A DNA stretch of 63,790 nucleotides, the filler included, from Octopus bimaculoides (lineage: Eukaryota): NCBI RefSeq assembly GCF_001194135.2. It is 7 parts of 7 records of this genome, joined end to end, with 100 filler letters (N's around TTAATTAATTAA, not from the genome) between each part and the next. Parts side by side here need not be neighbours in the genome. Positions count along the whole stretch, not along the records: positions 1 to 24,539 come from NC_068984.1; positions 24,640 to 40,854 come from NC_068991.1; 5 more parts are not named here. One strand, given 5' to 3'. The notes beneath the pieces were generated by a model that was not told the origin of the DNA, searched no databases, and was given only the letters and a program-made list of their open reading frames with translations. Shown piece after piece: positions 13,503-26,330 of the stretch (position 1 is its first letter; each line of letters starts with the position of its first letter). Both the position numbers and the translations under genes were made by a program.

Positions 13503-14593
13503 CCACTTTTATATATATATATATATATACATATGTAATGTATATATACATGTACATATATACGCACGTATATACATATGTGTGTGTACATGTCTGTACG
13601 CATGTATGTACGTATGTATGTATGTATGTATGTATGTATCTATCTATCTATCTATCTGTGTATCTATGTATGCATGTATCATCCATTGTTGCATAATCGG
13701 TAATCTATACGTATTTCTGTGAATTTTTCCCTAAGTGTTATCTACTTTTATCTGGGTTATTTTACTTATCTCGCTATATAAAGTAAATATTCCGTATATT
13801 AACTTAGTCTTCCTATTGTCTGTTCTAAGTTGGTTACTTTTATCTTTTATAAACGATAACTGTTTGCTTAACCTCACATAATCTATTGTTGCGACTATGC
13901 AAGTGTATAAAAGGAAACCGTTTAACTCAGTTTTATCACTGGATATTAAAGCGTAATGATGTATAAATGGGAAACGCTGATACGCAAGCAGATGAATTCG
14001 TACTTTGCTTAGGATGAACCTGACAAAGACCTAACTGGGCACGGATAGAGGTGTAACAGCCTTATAATTGTGGTAGACGTGGGAGTCACCTTTACCTTTC
14101 TGGAGTGGGATAATTATGCCTAGTCAGGCGGTATGAGGCCTCTGCTCCAGATTGAGCAGATGATCTGCAGCAGCACTCCGCCTTTCTAGATCATCTCCTC
14201 ATGGATGTCACAAACCCCGGCTGCATTCCTGCACTACAGCTGACGTACCACCGTACGAACCTCGTCTTTGGACTGCAGACTGGAGCTAACAGGTTGATCG
14301 GTCACCAGTGCTGAAGGCATCTTGGTATCTAGATCAGTACTAGATGGGTTCCCCATCTGCTCAGTGAGTCATAACCTTGGGCTCCTCTGTTAGAAGTGAG
14401 CCATCAGAGTTTAAAATACCAGAACACCGAGGAGAAGGCTTCAGCCACCCACCCCATGAACATAGCTATTCCTCTGTAGGTAGTATATGAGTCGGACGTA
14501 TAAAGCCGACCCTCGACCGCCTCGCAGATTTCTCAGACAAAGAAAAGCAAGTCTCCTCCTCTCCTTTATTCTTTGTGCGTATTATCAGCATCT

Positions 14594-14979
14594 GTGGAGG
14601 CGCAATGGCCCAGTGGTTAGGGCAGCGGATGCGCGGTCATAGGATCGCGGTTTCGATTTCCAGACCGGATGTTGTGAGTGTTTATTGAGCGAAAACACCT
14701 AAAAGCTCCACGAAGCTCCGGCAGGGGATGGTGGCGAACCCTGCTGTACTCTTTCACCACAACTTTCTCTCACTCTTTCGTCCTATTTCTGTTGTACCTG
14801 TATTTCAAAGGGCCAGCCTTGTCACACTCTGTCACGCTGAATATCCTCGAGAACTACGTTAAGGGTACACGTGTCTGTGGAGTGCTCAGCCACTTGCACG
14901 TTAATTTCACGAGCAAGCTGTTCCGTTGATCGGATCAACTAAAACCCACGTCGTCGTAAGCGACGGAGTGCCAACAACA
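14594..14979 (+). mobile_element. Full-length young tRNA(Arg-like)-derived SINE, family A (octopus OR-like)
   Basis: A box TGGCCCAGTGG, B box GGTTTCGATTTCC, (CAA)n tail, 13-bp TSD ATTATCAGCATCT. Confidence 0.92.
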
Positions 14980-15775
14980 ATTATCAGCATCTGGTACAAA
15001 GCATGTGAATTAACGTTGATAGGTTAATAGTATGTGAAAACAGGTAACACGAAACTCTAAGTAATACCGAAAGTACAATGCCAATAACTACGCTATTTAG
15101 TTAATGAGTACTTTGTCACTTTGTTCTACCGTCGCCACTGGCGTTAAGAAAATAAATTAACCTTGGAAGAATGAGAAATGATCACCCTTTTCTTTGAGTG
15201 TCGCTACGGCTTTGATTTCTTTCTCCAAGAGGGAAATTTCAAATATTTAAGGATGTTTGCTTCTGGTATTCACTTTACGATTCTTTATATTTTTACCCGA
15301 AGTTCCTGTGTAAGTTAACCCAAGAGAGATGTAAACATTATGATCAACAAAGCGAACGTGGTACGCTTTCTAATTTGTACCCTGTCTTTTATGGTATGTC
15401 ATCTAGTGCAGGCAACAAGCCATATTGGCTTCTTAGTAGTCTATCAATAACGGGCTCACACGTCTTAGTGTGACGTCAAGGTCACAAAAGCAGTACGACA
15501 GCGCTCTAGATGCCTTCAGATCTTTTACCAAACTTACTTTTGATTCTTGTGAAATTCTTATGTTATTATTTTTTAAAACTTAACTTCTTTTACGAATCTC
15601 TCTATACTTTAACAACGTAGTCATCTGCTGATTCCTCATGGCTCCCACCTAAATGTAATATACATGACGATGTATATAATATATAATATATAGTTCTTTA
15701 TATTTATATATGAAATCTTGTGTGTTTGTATATATGTATGTTATATATATGTATATCTATTTATTTATGTATGTA

Positions 15776-15844
<69 letters not shown>

Positions 15845-16062
15845 GTCTGTGTGTCTGTCTGTGTGTCTGTCTGTGTGTCTGTCTGTGTGTCTATCTATCG
15901 ATCTGGCTGTCTATTTATCTATCTATTTATCTATCTGTGTGTGTGTATATGCATGCATGCATGCATGCATGTATGTATGGGTAATATGAATATGCACTTG
16001 TGTATATACACACATATATGCGCGTATAAGCATGCGCGCGCACACACACAAACACACACACA

Positions 16063-16117
<55 letters not shown>

Positions 16118-16449
16118 TGGTTTTCTTTCGTTTCATAAACAGAAGACTAAATACACAGAAACACGTATAATCTACAATTATTCAGTCATACACAGCTGGC
16201 GCCTCGTTCCAACGCCGTTCGCGCCTCGTTCCTTCGCCGCTCAGAATTCATGTTCTTCGTATTCATTCAGTTGATATAACGCAAAGCTATTCAGATTATG
16301 TTAAAACAAGTTGATTTACATATTAGTACCATTGGTCATCAAAGGTCATGTGATTTTACTTTTAAGCTCTTAGCGTGCCTTTCATGGGTGATTGAATAAC
16401 ACTACTTGGAAAGTAAATACTCTCAATGTACATATATGGTTTGACAGTG

Positions 16450-16620
16450 AGTTGGCAGAACCATTAACACGTCGAACAAAATGCTTTGTGGCATTTCTTC
16501 CGGCTGTTTACATTCTGAGTTCAAATCCCGCCGAGGTGAACTTTGCGTTCCATCTCTTTCGGGAGTCACTTAAATAAAGTACCAGTCGAGTACTGGTGTC
16601 GATGTAATAGGCTTGAACGC
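16450..16620 (+). mobile_element. SINE family C
   Basis: GGCAGAA..TTCTGAGTTCAAAT.CCGCCGAGGT.AACTTTGC.TTTCATC.TTTCGGG motif shared with 43765-43978, 46203-46410 and 47005-47124. Confidence 0.75.
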
Positions 16621-17867
16621 TTACATCAGAATTGTTTGAACTCTCCATCAGACCGGCATCACGGTCAGAGGAAAACGTTGCTATCTCGGACACTTATACA
16701 CCATGGAAACCGAGTAACAAACTTTATGAGTCCCAGGTGCCAAGAAAAAAATTATAAGTGGTGCTTTTTTTTTATATCACACTGAAGGAATGTTTTGTAG
16801 GGTGTAATAATTCACCGTGTGTTGTCATTCTTTTAAATGGCTTAATCACTGGAGGAAATCTTATGAAACGGTTCTCTTCAGGATTTCAATGACTGGTGGT
16901 CAAAGACTTGGTCCTTATCTTAAGTAAATAACCATAATCGTATTTTACGCTGCTTTTGTTAATTATCATGCGGTTACTATGTAAAACGTACAAGTGAAAT
17001 CTTATCAGTGACAGGAAGTTCCTTGCTGTACATACATACAGAGAATGCAGTTTTGTGTATAATAGAATAAAAGTATAAACAGGCAAACAACTCGGGTCAA
17101 ATTAGATTATGATATTATATACTTAAATATGAAGATCGAGTTGTTGCATGAGTATAGATCAATAGGGGGAAGTAAGTAAGAAGGCGCGCATATAGTTTCC
17201 TACAGTTGTTTCAAGAACAGATGCGCAGATGGTGCATTTCCCTGAAAACAAACAGTAGTTAGCCATACAGTAGCAATCTATTCCATTATCGGAGGGTGAA
17301 TGAGGGACAGTGAGGAACAATGCATTTATGCTAAAGGGAGAGTAGTTTACGCAGGATTTACTTCATATTCGCATGCTTATTTTTTTCTGTACAAGTTGCT
17401 GGTTTCATGAATTCTTTCTTTAAATTTTTATCTTTAAACAATTCTACGGCATCACGGAAGTTGCTTTGTTGTATATTTCATTATCTAACATTAAGTACAT
17501 TAAGAAACTACTGATGTTATCTGTGAGACGTTTAATGATTCTGAGCGGGATTCTTTACTTCTTTTAGGTATAAGTAGGGGCTATAATGTTTGTCTTGATT
17601 AAGCCTAGGAATTTTACTACTTATGGGTATGAGTTTACTGTAACTTTTAAATTAAATTTCGAATAATCTGATTTAAAGGCTTTCTAACTCTATCCATGTT
17701 ATGGTCGTTCCTATTACAGGATACATCTTCCAAATCATATCTAAAGAGTTCAGTAATAGTAGATTATAATGTACGATCTAATGCCTATAGTAGCATACTA
17801 CGAACCGGTTTCATACGATATAATTTTCCCACAGACGTGGTTACATACACACACACACACACACATG

Positions 17868-17935
<68 letters not shown>

Positions 17936-17951
17936 TAATATATATATATAC

Positions 17952-17989
<38 letters not shown>

Positions 17990-18794
17990 CCACACGCGTG
18001 CTCTTTTGGCTTTTTTTTTCCTTCTCTTCGGACCTTTCCTCTCTCCTCTTTCTGACAAACAGCCATATTCGAAACGGTACACACCTTCTCTTTTTCCCAT
18101 CTTAAAATGAGCGTCAACCTTAATACATTAACTGTGTACGTACTTTTGACATTTTTGTTTTTGATTTCAGATGGTGATAATCAATTAAACAGCAATAAGT
18201 TTTTTGAATCTATTCTTTCAGTACTGCCTCGTACAAATTGATTCACAGTGGTATTTTTTGGTCCCTTGGGCAATAATAGTACATACAATCTGGTTAATAT
18301 ATAGTCACTACTCCGGAATAAATTAAATTGTCCGTTATTGTGTTTCTTGATTCAGTAAGAAATAAGAATGGCTTACTTTTATTTGAGAATTCTAAGACTT
18401 ACAGAATATATATATATATATATTTTTTTTAGGGACGGATGGTTAGTATTCTATGTTATCGAAAAAGGTGAAGATATTCAGATTTATTTTCAGTATTGTT
18501 TAAACACTTGAAACGATTGCACCATGGTGTCAAAGTAATAAATTTTTGGTGTGTTTAGATTTTGGAGCTCATGGGGTTCCTCTTTGAAAATCAAGAACTA
18601 CGCTGCCAGGAGCATAGCTTTAAAATATTAATCTAAAATGGCCAGCAGAACTGATATGCAAAACAGCTCGTTCTTACATAATTTTAATATATTCACGATA
18701 TTTCGGCTGAACGGACATGAAGTCAAGAAAATTAGAACATTGGGAATATTCATAATATGTGTATAATATACAATACCAGTTGAAGCTCACAGTC

Positions 18795-19269
18795 AGTGAG
18801 TTCGATTCCCGGACCAGGCTGTGTGTTGTCTTTTAAGCTAGACACTTTATTTCACTTTACTCCAGTTCAGTCAACTGTAGAAATGAGTTGCAACCTCACT
18901 GGTGCCAAGCTGTATCTGTCTTTGCCTTTCCCTTCGATTACTACATTAGTGGCGCGGAGATGGGAGGCTGGTATGCACAAACGACTGCTGGTTTCCTATG
19001 AACAACCTTGCCCAGACTTGTGCCTCGGAGGGTAATGTTCTAGGTGCAATCCCATGGCTCTTGAGCAAGACACTTTATTTCACGTTGCTCCGGTTCACTC
19101 AGCTGTAGAAATGAGTTGTGACATCACATGTGCCAAGCTGTATTGGCCCTTGCCTTTCCATTGGATAATGTCGGTGGCGTGGAGAGGGAGACCGGTATGC
19201 TGGCCTTCCATAAAGAACCTTGCCCGGATTTGTGCCGTTGTCAGTCATGACCGAAGGGGGTCTCAGCAG

Positions 19270-19270
<1 letters not shown>
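18795..19270 (+). mobile_element. Two adjacent related SINE copies
   Basis: AGACACTTTATTTCAC..CTGTAGAAATGAGTTG..GCCAAGCTGTAT..TTGCCTTTCC occurs twice (18840-18980, 19070-19200). Confidence 0.7.
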
Positions 19271-19340
<70 letters not shown>

Positions 19341-19719
19341 NNNNNNNNNNNNNNNNNNNNNNNNNNNNNNNNNNNNNNNNNNNNNNNNNNNNNNNNNNNN
19401 NNNNNNNNNNNNNNNNNNNNNNNNNNNNNNNNNNNNNNNNNNNNNNNNNNNNNNNNNNNNNNNNNNNNNNNNNNNNNNNNNNNNNNNNNNNNNNNNNNNN
19501 NNNNNNNNNNNNNNNNNNNNNNNNNNNNNNNNNNNNNNNNNNNNNNNNNNNNNNNNNNNNNNNNNNNNNNNNNNNNNNNNNNNNNNNNNNNNNNNNNNNN
19601 NNNNNNNNNNNNNNNNNNNNNNNNNNNNNNNNNNNNNNNNNNNNNNNNNNNNNNNNNNNNNNNNNNNNNNNNNNNNNNNNNNNNNNNNNNNNNNNNNNNN
19701 NNNNNNNNNNNNNNNNNNN

Positions 19720-19771
<52 letters not shown>

Positions 19772-20115
19772 CACACACACACGCACACACGTATATAAAT
19801 ATATGTATGTTATGTATAAATGCGTACGTGGGTACATGAGAGCATTTATAAATAAAAAAGAATATGTACATAAATAACCACGGATAATCCCAATAAAAGA
19901 ACCATGCACCTAGAGTTTGTCTGCCAGGGAGAAATTCGAAATTTAAAACCAGGATATTCTTAAACAGGCACACAGACAGGCAGAGAAACAAGCAGGCAGA
20001 TAGGTAGACATACATCCATACTTACAGACAGATAGAGAGATAGATAGATAGATAGGTAGACAGATAGACAGACAGATAGATAGACAGACAGATAGATAGT
20101 TAGATAGATAGATAA

Positions 20116-20203
<88 letters not shown>

Positions 20204-20857
20204 AGACACAGGATTGTAGAGAGACGGGAGAGGGTGATGGGATGAATAAGACAGAGTAAGACAGAAAAAAGCATAGAGAGACCTGTCCTCTGTCAACACA
20301 AGTCACCACACAATAGGTTATCATATTTCAACACCACTAAACATCAGATGACGCTACACACTGGTTAACTTTTGAATTTAATTTATTTTCGTCACCCATC
20401 ACGACCTATGTATGAAATGTTGCAACCAGCTGGGCACGAGGCAGTTCTCACACATTAACAAACACATACATACACACATACATACGTACATACATACATA
20501 CACACATACATACATACATGCATGCATACATACATACATACATACATACATACATACATGCATGCATGCATGCATACATAATGTTGATACATGCATGCAT
20601 ACATACGTATATGTATACACACACACACGCGCGCGTGCGCACACATATATACATGCTTTTAAGTATGTACATAAACAGTTATATTCATACAAACATTAAA
20701 AGATTTCTAGTCATATCTATATATTTATATGCTAACATATACATTGATACATATGCATATATGCATATATATATATAATTATATGCATACATGTATATGC
20801 ATACATATATATGCATATATATGTTTATGTATATATATATGTATATGTGTGCATGCA

Positions 20858-20890
<33 letters not shown>

Positions 20891-21489
20891 NNNNNNNNNN
20901 NNNNNNNNNNNNNNNNNNNNNNNNNNNNNNNNNNNNNNNNNNNNNNNNNNNNNNNNNNNNNNNNNNNNNNNNNNNNNNNNNNNNNNNNNNNNNNNNNNNN
21001 NNNNNNNNNNNNNNNNNNNNNNNNNNNNNNNNNNNNNNNNNNNNNNNNNNNNNNNNNNNNNNNNNNNNNNNNNNNNNNNNNNNNNNNNNNNNNNNNNNNN
21101 NNNNNNNNNNNNNNNNNNNNNNNNNNNNNNNNNNNNNNNNNNNNNNNNNNNNNNNNNNNNNNNNNNNNNNNNNNNNNNNNNNNNNNNNNNNNNNNNNNNN
21201 NNNNNNNNNNNNNNNNNNNNNNNNNNNNNNNNNNNNNNNNNNNNNNNNNNNNNNNNNNNNNNNNNNNNNNNNNNNNNNNNNNNNNNNNNNNNNNNNNNNN
21301 NNNNNNNNNNNNNNNNNNNNNNNNNNNNNNNNNNNNNNNNNNNNNNNNNNNNNNNNNNNNNNNNNNNNNNNNNNNNNNNNNNNNNNNNNNNNNNNNNNNN
21401 NNNNNNNNNNNNNNNNNNNNNNNNNNNNNNNNNNNNNNNNNNNNNNNNNNNNNNNNNNNNNNNNNNNNNNNNNNNNNNNNNNNNNNNNN

Positions 21490-22974
21490 TCTCGATTATA
21501 CACCAGTTTTCAAAAATAATATATCGAAATATAAAAATCAAGTAAAGTAATTTTACTCGACTTTACGTCTGTCTGCTATAAATACTGGAATCTTAAAATC
21601 ACTAAAAAACCGTTAAAAGCACATCAAATCATGTTACGGTACAATAAATAAGAATAAAGCATATAAAAGCATATAAAATCATATTAAAGTACGTTCAGTA
21701 AATGTTAAGATACACACCATAAAGTAGTGTAGCTTAGTGAACGAAATCATGAAACCAACTGTGTTGCCTTATTTATCGGTCTTCCGGAGCTCATATTGCA
21801 CTGTAGTTCCAATATCTACCGTTAGGCGTCATTGTTACTCATGATTCCCGCGATTGTTTCGAATTCAGATTCATTTACGTCTGTTTATTGGCTACTTTTT
21901 CATTCTCATTTATTTGTGACTTTACTTTTTGCCCCCACGGCTCCTAAGAAAATTCACAGTGAAAGTGTATAACGCAGGAAGATAAACTGGCTATGATAAA
22001 ACGTCATGACAAAAGTAAAAAAAGTGGTAGCAATTGCACAATCTTTTGGGATGAGTCGGACAACTGTATCGACGATTGTACATAATAAGTACAAGACTTT
22101 AAGCACATATCAAATCTGAAGCCCCAATAATGAAAATCACTGGCATCAATAAGAAAAGAGGCAAAATCTTTAAAGAAATGGTAATTCTTCTTTCTCTTTG
22201 GATTGTTAGGTTGAATAATCAGCGTGCTACTATTAGTCAAGAAATCATTAGTTAAATCTAATCTATTCTATCTTAATTACAGATTTTTTAATTATTTTCT
22301 TCGAATACTGGTAGAAATTCTCACGTAGAACACACTGTTTACTCTGAACGTTTTTGACCAAATTTCGTATTTTATAAATTATTTCGTGTTAAAGTTGTCG
22401 TATTTGGGTAATTTCAACCAATCAACGACGTGTATTCGGTTGAAGAAAGCTACTGCTGTTTCCAATAGTAATCGAAGAGGAACAAGTTCCGGGTCATCTC
22501 TACTACCATCTACATCAGCGATATAAACCACCAAATTGGATATACGTATTGGTAAATTTAAAATAATTTAGTTTTTTTTTAACTATTGCAAAATAATAAT
22601 AATTGCTGAATTTGTTTTTAGGCTTAAAGAAAGGCTTTTATTTTACTATGTCTTATTGCAAACCGCTTTCATGAATAAAGTGTCCGCGATGTACGTAAAT
22701 ACTGCCAAATTGTATTCGTAAATTTAGATTACTTGTTTTTTTATTGTACTGAATTAAAAAATAAAAATTATTTGTTTGTAAGCTTAAAATAGGTTTTTAT
22801 TAACCATATATTATTGAAAATGCATACATAAAGTACAGAACTGGGAATTGTTACTATCAGTTTAGCTTAGAGACAAGTAAAATTCGGTCTAGCCTAGCAT
22901 ATCGACTTAAGTCGTTTTGCGACTTATGTCCTGTCTCCCGGAACCAATTAACGACGTAGGGTGAGGTATGCCTG
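21490..22974 (+). mobile_element. Internally deleted Tigger/pogo DNA transposon
   Basis: 21925-22260 encodes a frameshifted CENP-B-type HTH (..TQEDKLAMIKRHD..KVVAIAQSFGMSRTTVSTIVHNK..KRGKIFKEMVILLSLWI). The right end is the reverse complement of CAGGCATACCTC, followed by TA. The left end is in a gap. Confidence 0.85.
22281..22470. mobile_element. Truncated MITE copy nested in Tigger
   Basis: Aligns with 3585-3750. Confidence 0.8.
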
Positions 22975-22984
22975 TATATATATA

Positions 22985-23200
22985 TTCTTTTATTCTTTTA
23001 CTTGTTTCAGTCATTTGACTGCGGTCATGCTGGAGTACCGCCTTTAGTCGAGCAAATCAATCCCAGGACTTTTTCTTTGTAAGCCTAGTACTTATTCTGT
23101 CGGTCTCTTTTGCTAAACCGCTAATTTACGGGGACGTAAACACAGCAGCATCGGTTGTCAAACGATGTTAAGGGCACAGACACAAACACACAAACACACA

Positions 23201-23240
<40 letters not shown>

Positions 23241-23405
23241 TATATATACGACTGGCTTCTTTCAGTTTCCGTCTACCAAATCCACCCACAAGGCTTTGGT
23301 CGGCCCGAGGCTCTAGCAGAAGACACTTGCCCATTGTGCCACGCAGTGGGACTGAACCTGGAACCGTGTGGTGGTTGGTAAGCAAGCTACTTACCACACA
23401 GCCAC
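22985..23405 (-). mobile_element. Complete family B SINE (head + internal TA/TG microsatellite + tail)
   Basis: Head 23245-23405, microsatellite 23175-23245, tail 22985-23170 ending in (AAAAGAAT)-type repeats. Confidence 0.88.
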
Positions 23406-23496
23406 ACGCACATCTGAATAAGAATGTATGTATATTTATATGGTGTGAGGGAATTCTGTGTGTGAGTGAGTGTGTGTGAGTGTGAGTGTGTGTGTG

Positions 23497-23529
<33 letters not shown>

Positions 23530-24003
23530 GCGTGTGTGTGTGTGTGTCCAGGAAAAGATTTGACACGAGAAAATCACACTTCAAAAGTGACAGGAAGATC
23601 ATATACTAGGCATATTCACAAATACACACACATAAACACACATAAACGCACATACACCACCACACACAGAAACCGACGCGCGCTCACACACGCATATAAA
23701 TATCTTAAACAGAACATTATTTTATATGAGATTGAATAAAACTTGATGTTTTTCACATGCCTACGAACCATTGTATGAATTGTGTTAATGTAAATGTACT
23801 ATATGGTATACCCTCTCAAGAAGTAGATTTTTTAGTGTCACTGTGATCTGATGTAACCATATATATACATACATACATACATACATACATACATACATAA
23901 ATACATACATACATAAATACATACATGCACACATACATATATATATATATGTGTGTAAACATATATATATATATATTTCTATATATCTATATACATGCAT
24001 ACG

Positions 24004-24068
<65 letters not shown>

Positions 24069-24685
24069 AGAGAAGGGTAAAGAAAAGAAAGAGGAGAGCG
24101 AACAACAAGGAGAGAAAATTGCGAGAAATTGAGAATATTTCTGGCTTAAACAGATAAAAGGAAGATAGGGAGGAGGAAGAGTGAGGGAGGGGAGGGAGAG
24201 AGAAAGAGACACGATGTGAGGAAGGAAAAGAGAGTGAGAGAGAAAGAGAAAGAGAGGGACAGACAATAAGCTACCTAGATAGATAGGCACAAAATGTATA
24301 GACAGAAAGACAGGCAGGCTGTCAGACAGAAAGACAGGCAGGCAGTAAGACAGATAGATAGCGAGACAGGCATGTGGGCAGACAGACGGACAGACAGGCA
24401 GGTAGATAGATAGATAGATCGATAGACAGACAGACAGATACATTTCTTTTATTAGCCACACAGGGCTCAACGAAGATGGGACAAATACAATGTAGAGCTT
24501 TTCTTTTTGGGAGGGGGAAGGAAGGAAAAAAAAAAAAAANNNNNNNNNNNNNNNNNNNNNNNNNNNNNNNNNNNNNNNNNNNNTTAATTAATTAANNNNN
24601 NNNNNNNNNNNNNNNNNNNNNNNNNNNNNNNNNNNNNNNTTCATTTCAGATATCTGGATACTTTGTTTATCTTTAGTGTTGTTAC

Positions 24686-24775
<90 letters not shown>

Positions 24776-24803
24776 TATTATTATTATTATTATTATTATT
24801 ATG

Positions 24804-24848
<45 letters not shown>
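24686..24848. repeat. (AAT)n(ATT)n inverted microsatellite pair
   Basis: The strand switch is at 24774/24775. Confidence 0.95.
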
Positions 24849-25713
24849 GCTGTTTTTGTTGTTATGGTTAGTATTGTTTTCGTTGTAATATATTTAGATA
24901 GCCCTTATTTGCTGTACTACTACTACTACTTACTACTACTATTACTACCACCACCACCATCAACTTCGCCACCACTGCTAATACTGCTATCCTTTCCAAC
25001 CCCTTTTTCTTCATACTCCTACTTTTCTTCCTCTACTTCCTAACCGAAACTTCCTACGACTACTCTTTTTCCTCTTCTCTTCTTCCTCCTCCTCCTCTTC
25101 CTCCTCCTCCACCTACTACTACTACTACTACTACCACTACGACGACGACGACTACTAGACCATTGAGAAGTCTCTTTGTGGTCGCTCGATGTGCTTGAAA
25201 TGGTGACCAAATTCATTCAACTCCAACATCCCCGGCCCCACAGTCGCATAAATGGAATGTTAGGCTAATATAGTCACATTGAAAAAAACGGGATGGTCAC
25301 GTCTGGAACGCCTTTGACCATAGCTCTGCTCCATGAAGATCGTTTTGGGATCAAACCAGAACTATTACTACTGCTTGTCTTAGTGCCATCACCACCACCA
25401 CTACAATTGCCATTGCACTCTTTTCCACCTGTTATTCGGGGCGATGGTTGTAGCTGAAAGTACCAGGCACGCGTACTCGGCGAAATTTTTTTTACCATGC
25501 GTCACACCCCAGCCCCGTCACCTGTCACTAACTCACACACACACACAAACATACCCACATAATCACACAAACTCACACATATGTTATTATTCTTCGGGAT
25601 GGTCATTTTTTTTTCTTGCCAAATGAAAAATAAAAAACAGAAGACCATCCTGAAATATAACACTATCTGTTTCAACACACTATTTCACATCAGGAATCTA
25701 GCAAGACGAATTC

Positions 25714-25769
<56 letters not shown>

Positions 25770-26144
25770 NNNNNNNNNNNNNNNNNNNNNNNNNNNNNNN
25801 NNNNNNNNNNNNNNNNNNNNNNNNNNNNNNNNNNNNNNNNNNNNNNNNNNNNNNNNNNNNNNNNNNNNNNNNNNNNNNNNNNNNNNNNNNNNNNNNNNNN
25901 NNNNNNNNNNNNNNNNNNNNNNNNNNNNNNNNNNNNNNNNNNNNNNNNNNNNNNNNNNNNNNNNNNNNNNNNNNNNNNNNNNNNNNNNNNNNNNNNNNNN
26001 NNNNNNNNNNNNNNNNNNNNNNNNNNNNNNNNNNNNNNNNNNNNNNNNNNNNNNNNNNNNNNNNNNNNNNNNNNNNNNNNNNNNNNNNNNNNNNNNNNNN
26101 NNNNNNNNNNNNNNNNNNNNNNNNNNNNNNNNNNNNNNNNNNNN

Positions 26145-26164
<20 letters not shown>

Positions 26165-26176
<12 letters not shown>

Positions 26177-26330
26177 GGGGGGAGAATTTACGAAAAAAAA
26201 TAACAACAGACGAGGACAGGTGGTGTAAACAACAAAAGGATGTATTAGTTTAACGCTCGGGAATAGAGAAAGTCTTTAACGTTTCGAGCTACGCTCTTCA
26301 ACAGAAAGAATGAGAAAAGCAAGAAGAGGC
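26165..26330 (-). mobile_element. Short Penelope-type repeat with a minimal hammerhead-like motif
   Basis: Minus strand 26308-26274 reads CUUU-CUGUUGA-A-GAGC-GUA-GCUC-GAAAC-GUU-AAAG. Homologous to 3835-3975. Confidence 0.65.

Noticed and set aside
14000-14560. GC-richer island as a gene or promoter
   Set aside because: No coherent ORF or splice pattern. It is probably an unclassified retroelement UTR and cannot be assigned without a search.
14594-14670. tRNA-Arg gene (also the other SINE heads)
   Set aside because: A/B boxes are present but there is no acceptor-stem closure. The head continues into a ~300-bp SINE body with tail and TSD.
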